DNA of 64,000 bases from Octopus sinensis (Eukaryota). A model generated the notes under the pieces. The model was not told the origin of the DNA. It ran no database searches and was given only the letters and a program-made list of their open reading frames with translations. How positions within the stretch are numbered: the stretch's first letter is position 1; each line of letters begins with the position of its first letter. The stretch spans positions 43,648,001-43,712,000 of the forward strand of contig NC_043006.1 of NCBI RefSeq assembly GCF_006345805.1. The letters are read 5' to 3'. Position numbers and translations under genes: made by a program. Positions 37,880 to 51,230 of this stretch are shown piece after piece.

Positions 37880-38520
37880 CGTAGGTGTGGCCATGTGGTA
37901 AGAAGTATGCTTCTCAATCACATGGTTAAAGGTTCAGTCCCTCTGTGTGACACCTTGGACAAGTGTCTTCTACTATAAGCCTTGAGCCAAGCAAAACCTT
38001 GTGAGTGGATTTTGGTAGACAGAAACTGAAAGAAGCCCATTGTAACGGACGCTAAATGATGATGATATATATATATAAGATATAAGTTAGAAATAAAACC
38101 ACTATTATGCAATTCAAACAATGGCAGACATAAACCAAAACATAAATAACAAATAAAATATATTTTTATAAAACATATAACTAGATCACAAAATGTATAA
38201 AAATGAATAATCAATATATAATAAGTAAAAAAACTACATACGTTTTTCCCTGTAAGTTTGGAGTTATACTCCCTAATATTATTATATATGTGTGTGTGTG
38301 TATATTTTTGTGTGTATGTCTGTGTTTGTCCCCACCATCACTTGACAACTGATATTGGTGTATTTTACATACCCATAACTTAGTGGTTCAGCAAAAGAGA
38401 CTGATAGAATGAGTACAAGGCTTACAAAGAACAAGTCCTGGATGCGATTTGTTTAACTAAGAGCAGTGCTCCAGCATGGCCAGAGTCAAATGACTGAAAC
38501 AAATAAAGGAATAAAAGAAT
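37880..38520 (+). mobile_element. SINE family A with a nested ~250-bp insert at ~38040-38290
   Basis: Head and tail halves flank AT-rich sequence ending TTTTTCCCTGTAAGTTTGGA, also seen at ~3555-3575. Confidence 0.75.
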
Positions 38521-40460
38521 ATACACATCAGCAAATAGTACATTTGCTGGTGTGTTCAAAGCTGTACTTCTGGTTAATACGTTCCAGTCTGGCCAAGCTT
38601 TGTGCACATCAACAAATATACTAATTGCTGTTTTCATATATATAAAAACAATCATTCTTAGAGAGCTGAGAATGACTCATCCACTGATCATAGCTGATGA
38701 AGTCTACAAACACAGAAATGCATGTCCTTTGGTCCAATGATGTCATTCATGGTCTAATAATGTTTTCACTCATTCTGTCTGAGAAGAAATTTTCCGTATC
38801 AACATGTTAAATAGTATTGTAAACATCTATATTTTAAGAGGAAAAGCCAAAGAAAATCCTTCAGATTGACTGAGAGAAGAACAACAAGAAGCTATGAAAT
38901 GAATGGCCTTAAAGAAAAAAGAAGAAAAGAAAGAAAACACTGATACGGATTTGTTACAAACAGGGATGGAAATTAGATTATGGATATAGCCTGCCAGGAG
39001 ATATATTCTTGTACTTGGAACACCCAGACTTGGTTAAATCCAAAATTCTGTGCAGAGGTAAAACAAGCAAATCTTACAACAGAATTTGATGCAACACTAA
39101 TAAATAGGATTTCAATTGCCAGTTGCAAATTGTTTTCACTTATGTTGCCAATAACTTTGAAAGAAATAGAAATATTACAACCTCTGCCCCCACCCCACTC
39201 CTCTATTTTTTTTTCCTTATCTAAAAACATGATATGTCATGTCTACATATGTAGAAAGTAAAGAGAAATTTCAAGAACCAGGGAAATACAAGAAGATAAA
39301 AATGTACAATTAAACAAAAATAGGGGGGAAAAAATTTGCTTTAATATTATTTTTACATTTGTATATCTTTGATCAACAGGGTTTGATGGTTCTTAAAATT
39401 TAGGCACACACACACATACACACATGGGAAGGGGTAGTTAGTACAAGTGCTTTGCATCAAAATTTCACCTGTAGACTGAAACAGGTAAAATATTTTGCTT
39501 AATTAACACAATGTAATGCTTATAACAGGTTTTGAACTCAGAACTTGTGTGTGAGTAGACTAGCTAGTTCTTAAATTACATATTTGTGATGTTATTCATA
39601 TTAAAAGGAAAACAGAATCAAATATAAGAAAAAGAAGGAAAAATTGATAGCAAAAAGGGTAAGAAAAAATAATATATATGTATATATATATATATATATA
39701 TATAAACAGACAAGAAATTACCAAAGTTAAGAGGAAAGTTCTAATACATATCCTGAAGAAATTGTGAAACAGTTTTAATCCTTTCAAGTGTGTTGCAGTC
39801 TTTGGAGCAAAGTTGGTAAAAGAAAATTTTTATTCTGTTACGTAGTTCCACTACACCACAAGATTGCTCAACACAGTTTGTTGGTCTTTTTTATATAGTA
39901 TCTTCAATTCCTATAATTGTTAAGGAACAATTCATTTATATTGCACATAGCATCATCCACAAGTAGGAAGTGAACTATTAACCCTGTTCTATTAATAATA
40001 ATTTCAGTGAGGTTAAAGTCCATAATTTCTACTGTACATTGTCCTGTTAGTCTCAAGTAAGGACTTTGTACAAGATGGTTAACAGTGTGGCTTTAAGCAA
40101 AACATGTCTGAGCGACTGATATTTATAGATGTCTGAGTATAAGGCAAAGTGGACTAGGAATAAAGTGTCACATTTTATAGGGAAAATGAAACAGGAAGTT
40201 GAACACAGAAATTTTTTCCAAGTGGATCTGTAGAATAATTTCATACAAATCTCATGAACAACACAAACATCATGCTATCTGCAATGTTTTATCAAAGTAA
40301 TAGAAATGATTTCTGTTGATTAACCTAGCAAAAGAGCATGAAATGTAAACAAATTAGAGGGACCTCAAAGTCTTACTAGCACTATTTTATCAACTCTCAA
40401 AGGATGTAAATCAAGATCTGATTTCTGAATGATGGACCACTGAACTCAAGGACAGCATAA

Positions 40461-40689
40461 ATAACCTTTTCGCATTCAGATCGCTCTGTCAAATGTTATG
40501 CTCCATTCATTCATATTGTTTTGAATTCGCTCTGCATTATCTCACAGCTTCAAGATTTCAATGATGTGATTATTTTTAGAACAACATTGTACGAAAGGTG
40601 TGAGAGGCCAGATGTGGCTAGTTTGAATATATAATAACAAGTAGAATATTTAGCCTGGATATGGCCAGTTTAATTACTAGAATGATAAA
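40461..40689 (-). mobile_element. piggyBac-like MITE, degenerate, near full length
   Basis: ATAA-CCTTTTCGCATTC...TTACTAGAATG-ATAA ends; body is the reverse complement of 3830-4000. Confidence 0.6.
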
Positions 40690-40894
40690 TCATCTAATGT
40701 AGCTTTCAAGAAATTATCAAAAGATTAAAAATCAAACTCCGTGTTTCGTATAAAATGTAAATAGATGATTCGACACTTAATTGAATACTGAAACTTAGAA
40801 TAAAGATTCTGATAAAACTTGAAATAATTCAACAAAAACTGTCAAAGGAAAACCTGAAAATGCCTTATATTTATTCTTTCCTTTCTCCTATTCT

Positions 40895-41575
40895 TTTATT
40901 TGTTTCAATCATTTGACTGTGGCCATGCCAGAGCACCGCCTTTAGTTGAACAAATCGACCCCAGGACTTATTCTTTGTAAGCCTAATACGTATTCTATTG
41001 GTCTCTTTTGCTGAACTGCTAAGTTACGGGGACATAAACACACCAGCATCGGTTGTCAAGCAATGTGGAGGGGGGGGGGCAAACACAGACACACAAACAT
41101 ACACACACACACACACACATATATACATACATATACGATGGGTTTCTTTCAGTTTCTGTCTACCAAATCCACTCACAAGGCTTTGGTTGGCCTGAGGCTA
41201 TAGTACAAGACATTTGCCCAAGGTGCCACACAGTGGGACTGAACCCAGAACCATGTTGTTGGTAATCAAGCTACTTACCACACAGCCACTCCTCTGCCTA
41301 CAATGCACATGACCAAATTTTCATACTAGAATAGAAACCCTTTTAATATTTGTTGCATAAGGCAACAAGCTGGCAGTACCGTTAGCAAGCCAGGCAAAAC
41401 ACTTAGTAGCATTTCATATTTAACATTCTGAGTTCAAATTCCACTGAGGTCAACTCTGCCTTTTATACTTTCAGGGTTGATAAAATAAGTACCAAGTTAA
41501 GCGCCAGGGTTGATGTAATCGACTTACCCACTTGCCTGAAATTGCTGGCCTTGTACCAAATTTATAAACCAATAT
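40895..41575. mobile_element. SINE family A (40895-41300, minus) and SINE family B (~41355-41575, plus)
   Basis: Both match other copies. Confidence 0.8.
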
Positions 41576-42347
41576 TTGGTGCATAATTTAACAAGAAAAG
41601 TTACTAATTTAGACCCCATTCACATGAATTCCAAGTAATCTATTTAAAATTCCTTTTACCAAACAGCACGCCATCCACAGACAAACAGCAAATTAAAAAA
41701 AAAAGAAATATGGTTTGTGTCACTAAGGAGCTATTTCATTAAATGTAATGATGCAATCATTTCGTCAGCCTATTTTTTCATTTCTATGTTATATTACAGA
41801 GCTCCTCAGTATATTTCTATTCGTGGAACATTTTCACTCTTTGAAATTTAAGTGAAATATTTCTTCTTTACTTCTTGAACAAAAATATGGCAGAGTACAT
41901 ACCAGAATTAACATTAACACATTTATAAAACGCAAAATCGAAGAAAACTAAAATCACTCTCACAAAACAAACTCAAATCTGAAAGGTATAGCTTTTGTTT
42001 TTGTTTTTGCTATTTGTTATTTGTTTTTCTTAAATTTTTGTCTTTATAAAAATTTGAAGAATTCTCATTAAGAGCTAATGACACTCCAATGATATACTAA
42101 ATATTTGTAATTCACAGTAGCAAGAAATTCCGCAGCACATCAACAATCCAAAGTGAAATGAATTAAAACTATAAATAAAGCACAAGCTAACTGATTTTAT
42201 ATTCTGCTTGACAATAATTTTCAGATTATCTATTGACAGCCATTTTAAGATAATCCACTGACAGTTATTTTCAGATAATCTAAATGCCACCATATTGAGA
42301 TATGCCAGCATGGAACATGGACATTAAATGATAATGTTCATGTTGAT

Positions 42348-42385
<38 letters not shown>

Positions 42386-44374
42386 ATTTAATACCCAAAC
42401 ACAAAATAATTTAAAATGTACAAAGATGAGCCAATGGAGAAGTCACTACAGTATCACTGCAAGAAAAATCAGCTTAATTTCCCTCAAATTACACTGTACT
42501 ATTTTAAATATAGGAGCATGCCATACAAATAAAGTCTCTGAATATTCCGAAACAGATGGGGCGGTCACAGCTGGAATGCTTTTCCATCATCATAGGCCTA
42601 CTCCATGAACACTGACTTGGGGTGAAACAACATCAACAGATACTAACATCTGAACACCACATCAAGTCACAGATACTATAATCAAAATACTACAATATTA
42701 AGCTACAGACATTAAGCACTACATTATGTCAGAGATGATAAACCTACTTAACACACCACTTTCAATAAACTACACCCTAAATATAATCATACTATGTACA
42801 TTCTGCAGACGTTAAGCAGTTTTCTTCCCCAGATACAGTAAATGCTCTTTACACTTTCTTTTTTTTTTTTTTTGTTCATCTCAGAAAGGAATTAAGTGGA
42901 GGATGGGGGCATGAAAGGAAATAAGAAAGAAAACTTGGAAATGCTGATGGAATAAACAAAAAAAAACACAGGAAGACGTCTATACTTTTCGATTGAACAC
43001 TAAAAGCAAGATGTGGGTGAAAGGAGAAAGATGAGAGGAGAAGAGAGAGATGTGGAGAGGAAGAGTTAAATATGGTGGCAAAGAGTGGCAAGGACAAGAA
43101 ATGGTTAGATGTTGTTAAAATTTAATAAGTTTATTGGAGTGACAAATCATATTTGCCATTATCATTGTCATCATTAGCACCGTCTCAGAAATAAGACAAC
43201 CAAAATAATAACTTGAAGAACATTGACAGGCATAATTTAATTGGGGATTTATAAATATGTAGAATAAGAACCAGACTGAGAAATATAGTTTTCACAATTT
43301 CTCTCTTTGATCGTTGATAAGATACTTCTCAGAAAATGTCCCAATAGTCTGTTTCATCTCTATATTCTTTGAGTTGACAAATGATTCCAATTTAGAAAAC
43401 CACAAGTGCATTACTCTAATACCGACCCATAAACAGTTGCATGAATTCTTAAGCATTTATCAACGACCCGAACAATAAGTAAATAAATAAATAAATGAAG
43501 GAAGGAAGGAAGGAAAGATATTACTGTGTCTACCTTTTATATCAATTTACCAAACAAATGAGCAAATACTGGAATGCAATGAAATTACAGTCGGAGAAAG
43601 ACACAAGGCAGTGACAGAAGTAGTAAATTTACCGGAATAAACTTTTGACATCTTGTTGCATAACAGTTTCTGGCAATTACTTGTGCAGCTTTTATGTCAA
43701 TATTGGATAAGCTGATCATATAGATAAAACGATCTAACTAGAGAGAAATGCATGCTTAAGACAATAAAGACATTACGAAAAGACCAAAACTACAAAAAAA
43801 AAAACAAAAAAAAACTACCTCCTTTCCATAAATTACGATAATGAGTATGTAATTTCATTTGAAGACTTTTCTGGAAGCAACTGACAAAAATAATAAGAAT
43901 GAAGAAAAGGAATTTGATACGGTTACCATTCTTACTATCACAATGAATAACTCAATATTTGTTTCCCGATCTTGATAAGGGTTGGATGGATGTAAAAACG
44001 TCCATACTCCGCAAGCTGTTTCAAACTTTACTATTCGGTATTTGTTCTTTTTTAGATCAGCACAAACTAATTCATTCAAAGTGCTTCTTAACTTACAACC
44101 TCTGACTATACTAACACACCTTTATTACTATTATTATCAATTACAAACAATTTTATACCATTTTCCCCATTCCTCACTAACAACATCATCTACCATCAGC
44201 TCACTACATTACTCAGTTGTCATCCTCTTCTACTTCAGTGTTTTAAACATTTCTTAGAAGCACCAAATTCCCAGACACAATCATATAACTTCAATAAGCT
44301 AATTCTTGACATTACTGCAAGTAGGTTGCACTAATTCATTTTTTTCTATTTCACTGTCAAGGAATACCATACTT

Positions 44375-44745
44375 AACTTTTACTTGTTTCAGTCATTAGA
44401 CCATGGCCATGCTGGAGCAGTGCCCTGAAGAGTTTAGTTATACAAATCCTCCCCGCCAGTGCTTATTCTATTGATCTCTTTTGCCAGACTGCTAAGTTAT
44501 GAGAACTTAAACCAAGTTGGGCAGGGATGAACAAACACAAAGACACACACATACTGTATGGAAACTGTGTGGAAGCTTTTTGGTAGATGCAATCTGTAAG
44601 GAAGCTCAATGTATATGTACAGTTTACATCAACGAAATTCACTCACAATGCATTGACCAGCCTGGAGCTAAAGTAGAAAAACTTGCTTAAGGTGACGTGC
44701 AGTGAGACGGAACCCAAAACCACATGGTTGCAAAACAAGCTTCAT
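44375..44745 (-). mobile_element. SINE family A, degenerate
   Basis: TTTTACTTGTTTCAGTCATTAGACCATGGCCATGCTGGAGCA...GAACCCAAAACCACATGGTTG. Confidence 0.65.
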
Positions 44746-46327
44746 GTAAAATGTAAGAGTCCTTTTGTAAAATGTAGAAATCTAATTGTGGCTAATAGCA
44801 ACGTGAGTTCTTGAAACAACTTACAGCTCTAAAAAAATTGCAACAGCAAAAATCTGATCCCCAACAACAACAACAACAAAGTAAAAATATGTGACCAGTA
44901 ATTAACTGAATATAACTAATAGTTTAAATTAATGACTCTTATATTCCTTGTTACCTTAGCCCTGCATCACTACTAGGTCAATGCATTTTATGGTACTTAG
45001 ATAACTGTTTGCCATTAGTTTGCTTAAAATATAGCATATCAACAACTATTGTTGGAAAATAATTCCTTGCCAAAATATCTTAAATTAAAACTCCCTTTAA
45101 AGATGCATTTAGAGCAAGCAGACTGCCAAACATTGGACCTAAATATAGGTGCAATAAGTTTAGACAGCGGAAGAAATTCTAATTTTGGTTGTTAATGTAA
45201 ATAAATTTTTCTCATACTTACAGACAACATAAGAATTTAAATGATAGTATGCTCATATGTACACAAAACACACATTCACATAAAGCGACAATGAAGAGTT
45301 TGTACAAATAAATTTGTTTGCAAGAGAGTCTGAAAACTAGCAATAACACCATTCAGTCTACAATATAAACTAAAATACTCTTGGAAAAGTATTGAAACTG
45401 CATTGAAATTAAAGTAAAGCCAGATATCTCTGTAGAATTGTTACCGTAATTTTAATAAATGCAGCTTTTATAAGCTTATTTCTTTTGTTATGTGAAGAAT
45501 CATGAATAAATATACAAAATTTGTTGCTTTTGAATTTAAGATAAGTTTATTTCTCCTCACTCTAGGCAATATCAATAGATGTTCACCATTTCTTTTGTGA
45601 CTAGATCCCAACTATATATAAATATTCAGCCAACCAGAATAATGACGAAATGGTTATTGAGGAACTAACAAAATATTACTGACCCATTATCATGCCTTCT
45701 ATAAACCCCACCCATGAATTACCAGATATCTTTTTTTTATATTTTACCTTTTTTTTTTTAATGATTTTACTTTTATTTTTCAGTTAGGTAGTATTTACGT
45801 ACAAGTCAGAAGATATTTTAATATCATCTAATAAAATTAATAACATGACCGTATTACACTAGTTTAGTCAGCCACTCATGGAGAGTGACTGACCAACGAT
45901 ATGGGAACACCACTGGCTGAAATTAAATTAGACGTAAGTCTAAAAGCCAGTGTTTGCAGGAAAAAAAAAAAGAAGAAAAATAGAAAAAAGTTTAACATTG
46001 GCAATAAAACAAAATGAATGCAAAATTGCTTTTAAGGCTATGGAAGAGAAGGAAAAATATTTCTAGATATAGATGGAAAGCTAATCTCCTTTAATCTCTT
46101 TTGGCTAATTGTACAACTTGAAACCAATTCTAGCAATACAGAAAATCTTTAAAGTGAGGCATACTTAAAATGTACAGCAAACATCTAATTTTAGGAACAG
46201 TATGTGTATAGCCATATGCACAAACATCACTGTTGAGTCTAAGCTCTAAGTTGAGTCCAGAGCTCCAATCTGAGTAGGGGTGGACCCAGTGGGGAGAAGG
46301 GCTTGAAGGACTCCGGTATCTGCCACA

Positions 46328-46710
46328 ACTGTGATTTTGCTCAGCTTGATGGGTCTTCTATTCAAGCACAACATAAAGCCAAAGGTCTTGGTCATTGCCT
46401 CCATGAGGCTGGCCTAAAAATAATAAAAATGACCATAGGTGCGGGAGTGGTTGTGTGGTAAGTAGCTTGCTTACCAATCACATGGTTCTGGGTTCATTCC
46501 CACTGCGTGGTACCTTGGGTAAGTGTCTTAAACTACAGCCTCAGACCAACCAAAGCCTTGTGAGTGGATGTATTAGAAGAAAACTGAAAGAAGCCTGTTG
46601 TACATGTGTGTGTGTTTGTGTGTCTGTGTTTGTCCCTGCAACATTGCTTGACAACCAACGCTGGTGTCTTCACATACCCATAGCTTAGCAGTTCGGAAAA
46701 AGAGACCGAT
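46328..46710 (+). repeat. Copy 1 of a local duplication: family C fragment, spacer, family A SINE
   Basis: Collinear with 47540-47930, including the non-SINE spacer AAAATAATAAAA.TGA.CCATAGGT. Confidence 0.75.
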
Positions 46711-47539
46711 TATTTAGAAAGGTGCCCTTCTAAATGATGCTATTATGCCATTTTCTCCTGGAATTGTATTCCTTTCTGACCCTGTGACCTCAGGGATCAT
46801 GCCTGCTGAGTATCACTGTCCTATCTGCTTCCAGTAAAGTAGTGTGGTTACTATTGTATTTAGCACTGCAGAATATGATATCGAGAGTAAATGTAGAAGA
46901 AATATAGGTATTTATCACAATTTCTTATAACTTTAGCAATATTTGGAAAATGTGATTTTTCAGTGAATAAGAATCGTTATTTGCAGATCTTTTGCATAAA
47001 TTTCAACATGGCGAGTAGTTTATCAAAACAAGTTTGAGGACATAATGATTTCTTACCAACCTGACAGCACCAGTAATAGAAGAAAAAAAATTTTCACAAA
47101 CTGTTTCTTTGTATTTATTTATTTTTGTTAGCTATTTTCCTACTTCAGGTGAAATAATTTGTACAAAAGCAGTCGAAAACTGAGAAAAGATCACAGCTAT
47201 ATTTACCAAGTGACATCTTAAATATTGATACATTATAAAAGATTGGTGAAAATAAATAAATAAATAAATAAATAAAATTAATATAAATGTTCCAGAAAGT
47301 GTTAAAGAATGGCAGAAAGATAGAGGAGATTACTTCTCAAATTAAGTGAAATAATGTAATAAGACAATTATTTTGTGATGTGGTGTGAAGGCACATGAGT
47401 TAGTGATTAGGGTAGTTGGCTGATATTGTAATAGTGTGAGTTCAATTCCTGATGGAACATCGTGTCCTTGAGCAAGACACTTTATTTCATATTTCTCCAG
47501 TCCACTCGGCCAGCAAAAATGAGTTGTACTCCTAATTTA

Positions 47540-48005
47540 AACTGTGATTTTGCTCAGCTTGATGGGTCTTCTTTTCAAGCACAACATAATGCCAAAGGTT
47601 TTGGTCATTGCCTGAAAATAATAAAAGTGATCCATAGGTTCAGGAGTGGTTGTGTGGTAAGTAGCTTGCTTACTGACCACATGGTTCTAGGTTCTGTTCC
47701 ACTGCGTGACACCTTGGGTAAGTGTCTTCTACTATCGCCTCAGGCCAACCAAAGCCTTGTGAATGGATGTGGTAGAAGAAAACTGAAAGAAGCCTGCTGT
47801 ACGTGTATGTGTGTGTCCACGTGTGTTTGTTTGTTTGTGTATCTGTGTTTGTCCCTGCAATATTGCTTGACAACCAATGCTGGTGTGTTCACGTACCCAT
47901 AACTTAGCAGTTCGGCAAAAGAGACCAATAGAATAAGTGCTAGGCTTACAAAGAATAAGTCCTGGGGTCAATTTGCTCAAATGACTGAAACAAGCAAAAG
48001 AATAC
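47540..48005 (+). repeat. Copy 2 of the local duplication; the family A SINE continues to its tail
   Basis: Shares private variants with copy 1: GTGGTTGTGTGG, CCTTGGGTAAG, AGAAGAAAACTG, GTCCCTGCAA, TACCCATA. Confidence 0.75.
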
Positions 48006-48314
48006 AGAATATATACTTTAAGAATAGAAATGACTTCATCATCCATAGAAGAAACTTCCAGGATGTCTGCAATGGCATATATAATGATATCAACAAATTG
48101 GCAGAGATAGAGCCAATTGTTGGTGCTCTAGAAATGGTTATTGAGGAACTAACATTCTGAGTACAATTCTAGATCACGGTACCCTTAACAAAAGCCCTGT
48201 AACTGTTAATCTCAGATGGGGATTATGTGGAAGCTTGTCATACACACATTTACATACTTGTACACACACACACACACAAATAAGTACCAAACTAGAATCG
48301 GTACTGAAATGTAT

Positions 48315-48618
48315 TTGCTTGTTCCTTCTCGAGCCATGCCTGGATCACAAGGGCCGGTTTCCCGGTTTCCTTAGCACATAAGTTCCGCACTTGGACAGGA
48401 CGCCGGTCCGTCACAGGTGAGCTGCAAGATGCCAGAGAAAAGAGTGAGAGAAAGTTATGGCAAAAGAGTCAGCAGAAGTTCGCCATTACCGTCTGCCAGA
48501 GCTACATGGAGCTTAGGTATTTCACTCATAAACACACACATCACCCGGTGTGAGATTCAATCCCACAATCCCTCGACCGCGAGTCCGCTGCTCTAACCAC
48601 TAGGCCATGTGCCTCAAC
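48315..48618 (-). mobile_element. Full-length tRNA-headed SINE family D with a 12-bp TSD
   Basis: ACTGAAATGTAT at 48303-48314 and 48619-48630. Head GAGGCACATGGCCTAGTGGTTAGAGCAGCGGACTCGCGGTCG. Confidence 0.9.
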
Positions 48619-50169
48619 ACTGAAATGTATAAAAGATTATATAATTCAAAGGACAACATGACTTCCATGAACTAGATTTCAATCGTTCTCTCTGGAATAA
48701 GTTACATCACAAATTGTATCAACGCCTCCTGCTCAGATCTCCCTGTGGTTTCAACTGCGGACAGTATCATTAATTTCCTAGTCTCATGTTACAACTAACA
48801 ACACTGCAAAACTGAAGCACCGTCCACGGATGTTCTCCCTCTTGTCCCTTCAGCTACACTTTTAACCTTCCTGCTCGGACAAGAAGCAAGGATTTTCAAC
48901 TAATACAACCAGCAGTTGTGACTAACTGAATTATTAATTACGATGAGATCATCATTTAATGATCAGAAGTAGGATCCAATGACAATGACAACGGCGGTGG
49001 CAGCAATAATAGTAGTGGCGACAGCGGCAGTGGTGGCAACGACAACAACGATGATGATGTCTGCATCTTTAATAGATGCCACGCATATGGAAACAAACAC
49101 ACACATGCATGCACGTTGTCATTCTTCCCTCCAACATGATTTCTATAATGACTTTTATAATACTAGTGGGAATTGAGCAGTCAAAATATCATTCAACATA
49201 CAAAAGATCAGAAGCTGATATGATCTAAACATAAAAACAAACAAGCGAGCTAGATAATTAAGGAATGGAAGCAGTTAGTTGTACATGCTGGGAAACTGAT
49301 AAGCATCTTCATTTGCTGAAGAGCCGAGGACGGGGTAGAGAGAGAGAGAGAGAGAGAGATGTTGTGTTTGTGCTTATCATTAACAAACATATCATTAGCT
49401 GATCACCCATCCTCCAGATACTTTAACGGAAGGGTATAAAGTTCAATCCTCAGCTGAGGTGTTCCTAATTTGTAAAATGAGATATTACCATCTGTGTGTG
49501 TGTTACATATAGGTTACATATGGTTAACAGTGGAGTGTGATAACAATAGCAGGCACACAGACATGTACACACACACAAACACACACACGCACCACCACCA
49601 CAACCAAGCACATGAATATAATTGATATATCTCATTTTGACTGATGATGATGAGTAGGAGGATGATATGGAGACACACACAAGACTACATGGTTATCAGT
49701 TCTACCAAACATCATTAGCAAGTAGGAAAACAATTTTGTAATAAAGAATTTTTGGAAAACAAATAGTTACGCACACGGAAAAAATAAAGAAAAAAAGTCT
49801 TGTTTTTTTTCCTTTCTTCTTTTTTTTTAATATTTCAAAACTAAATATGAACTAAAACTATGTCATAAAGCTTTTCTCTCTCTCTCTTCCTGTTTTTATG
49901 CTTTGGTGTATGTGCATAGTATAATATATATATATTGCACACATAATGAAAATATATGTTAACTATGGGCATAAAAGCTAAAATTAACAAGGGTTGGGTG
50001 ATTGTGAATGTTTTTCTATGTATGCGAGTCTAGGTGTGAGTGGTATCCTGTCTGTGTGTGTGTGTATGCCTACATACATACATACATACATATATACATA
50101 CATACATACAACATACATACATACATACACACACTCACACACACACACACAAATATATATTTATATATG

Positions 50170-50309
50170 GGAATCAACAACTATTGAAAAGGTTGCAAGA
50201 CACAAGGGAAATTATAGAAAAATAAAGAAGGGAATGAGTGAAAATTTTACCGGTGAGTGTGCTAAATTATAAGGTACAAAAAGAGAATGACTCTCCCTAG
50301 ACACAACAG
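50170..50309 (+). mobile_element. Single-arm copy of the 1093-1438 element, set in (CA)/(TA) repeats
   Basis: CTATTGAAAAGGTTGCAAGACACAAGG...AATTTTACCGGTGAGTGTGCTAAATTATAAGG...ACTCTCCCTAGACACAACAG matches 1252-1382. Confidence 0.8.
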
Positions 50310-50531
50310 CTTATATATATATGTATATAATTAATCCCCCACCCCAAAAAATGAAAGAACACAAGAAAAAAGCAACAATACAAGGATGTGGTACATGCAA
50401 AGTATTAGCAGACGTTCAGGGAAGGAAAGAAAGGTGGTTTTATGTTTCTAGCAAAGCTCTTCTTCAGAAACAGGAGACAAAGGAAAGTCCAAGAGAAAAG
50501 GAAGACGGAAGAAAAAAATCGCCAATGGTCC

Positions 50532-50606
<75 letters not shown>

Positions 50607-50972
50607 GTGTGTGTGTGTGTGTGCCCCCCCCCCAACACACACACATTCACCACCCAGCCCATACTAGTAGGGAAAATTGACACAGCAGCCTCTCTTCTAA
50701 AATGTGAGTAGTCATATAGCTACTCTACAGCAAGAAACTCATTCTGTCCCAGCCCCTTTCTTTCATACTTTACCACTCTCTTCTAATTATCTCCAAGCAG
50801 AAAGGTGCCCCCACTCCCTTGGGACTTGTAACCTTGCAAGCTGCATGGCAACCTCTCTGGTGCTGGTGACACAAAACCCCAAAAAAAAAAAAAAAAAAAA
50901 GCACCCAGTACATGCTGTAAATTGGTTGGCACTAAGAAGGGTACCCAGTAATTTTATATGTTATAATGACTG

Positions 50973-51230
50973 CAAGAATGGAGCAGAGTGAACGATGTGA
51001 TGACAGAGTACCGAAAGCATAAGTTTTGCTGGGTTGGACATGTTATAAGGTTCACAGAGAACAAGAAGACTCATGCAGTTGCCAAGGTGTAACCAAGAGG
51101 TCAGAAAAGGCCACTTGGAAGGCTTCTGCCATGATGGAGTGGCAGGGGAAGTGATTCAGTTAAGGAATTTGGGTCAACATCGAAAAGAATGGCACAATCA
51201 ATACAGAATTGGAAGTGCATTGTAATCAGT
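50973..51230 (+). mobile_element. Decayed RTE-clade LINE, C-terminus of the RT ORF
   Basis: One frame reads QEWSRVNDVMTEYRKHKFCWVGHVIRFTENKKTHAVAKV*PRGQKRPLGRLLP*W...RMAQSIQNWKCIV, matching the RTE KxxWxGHVxR...PRxxKRxxGRP.RW...AQ...WK pattern, with two stops. Confidence 0.75.
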
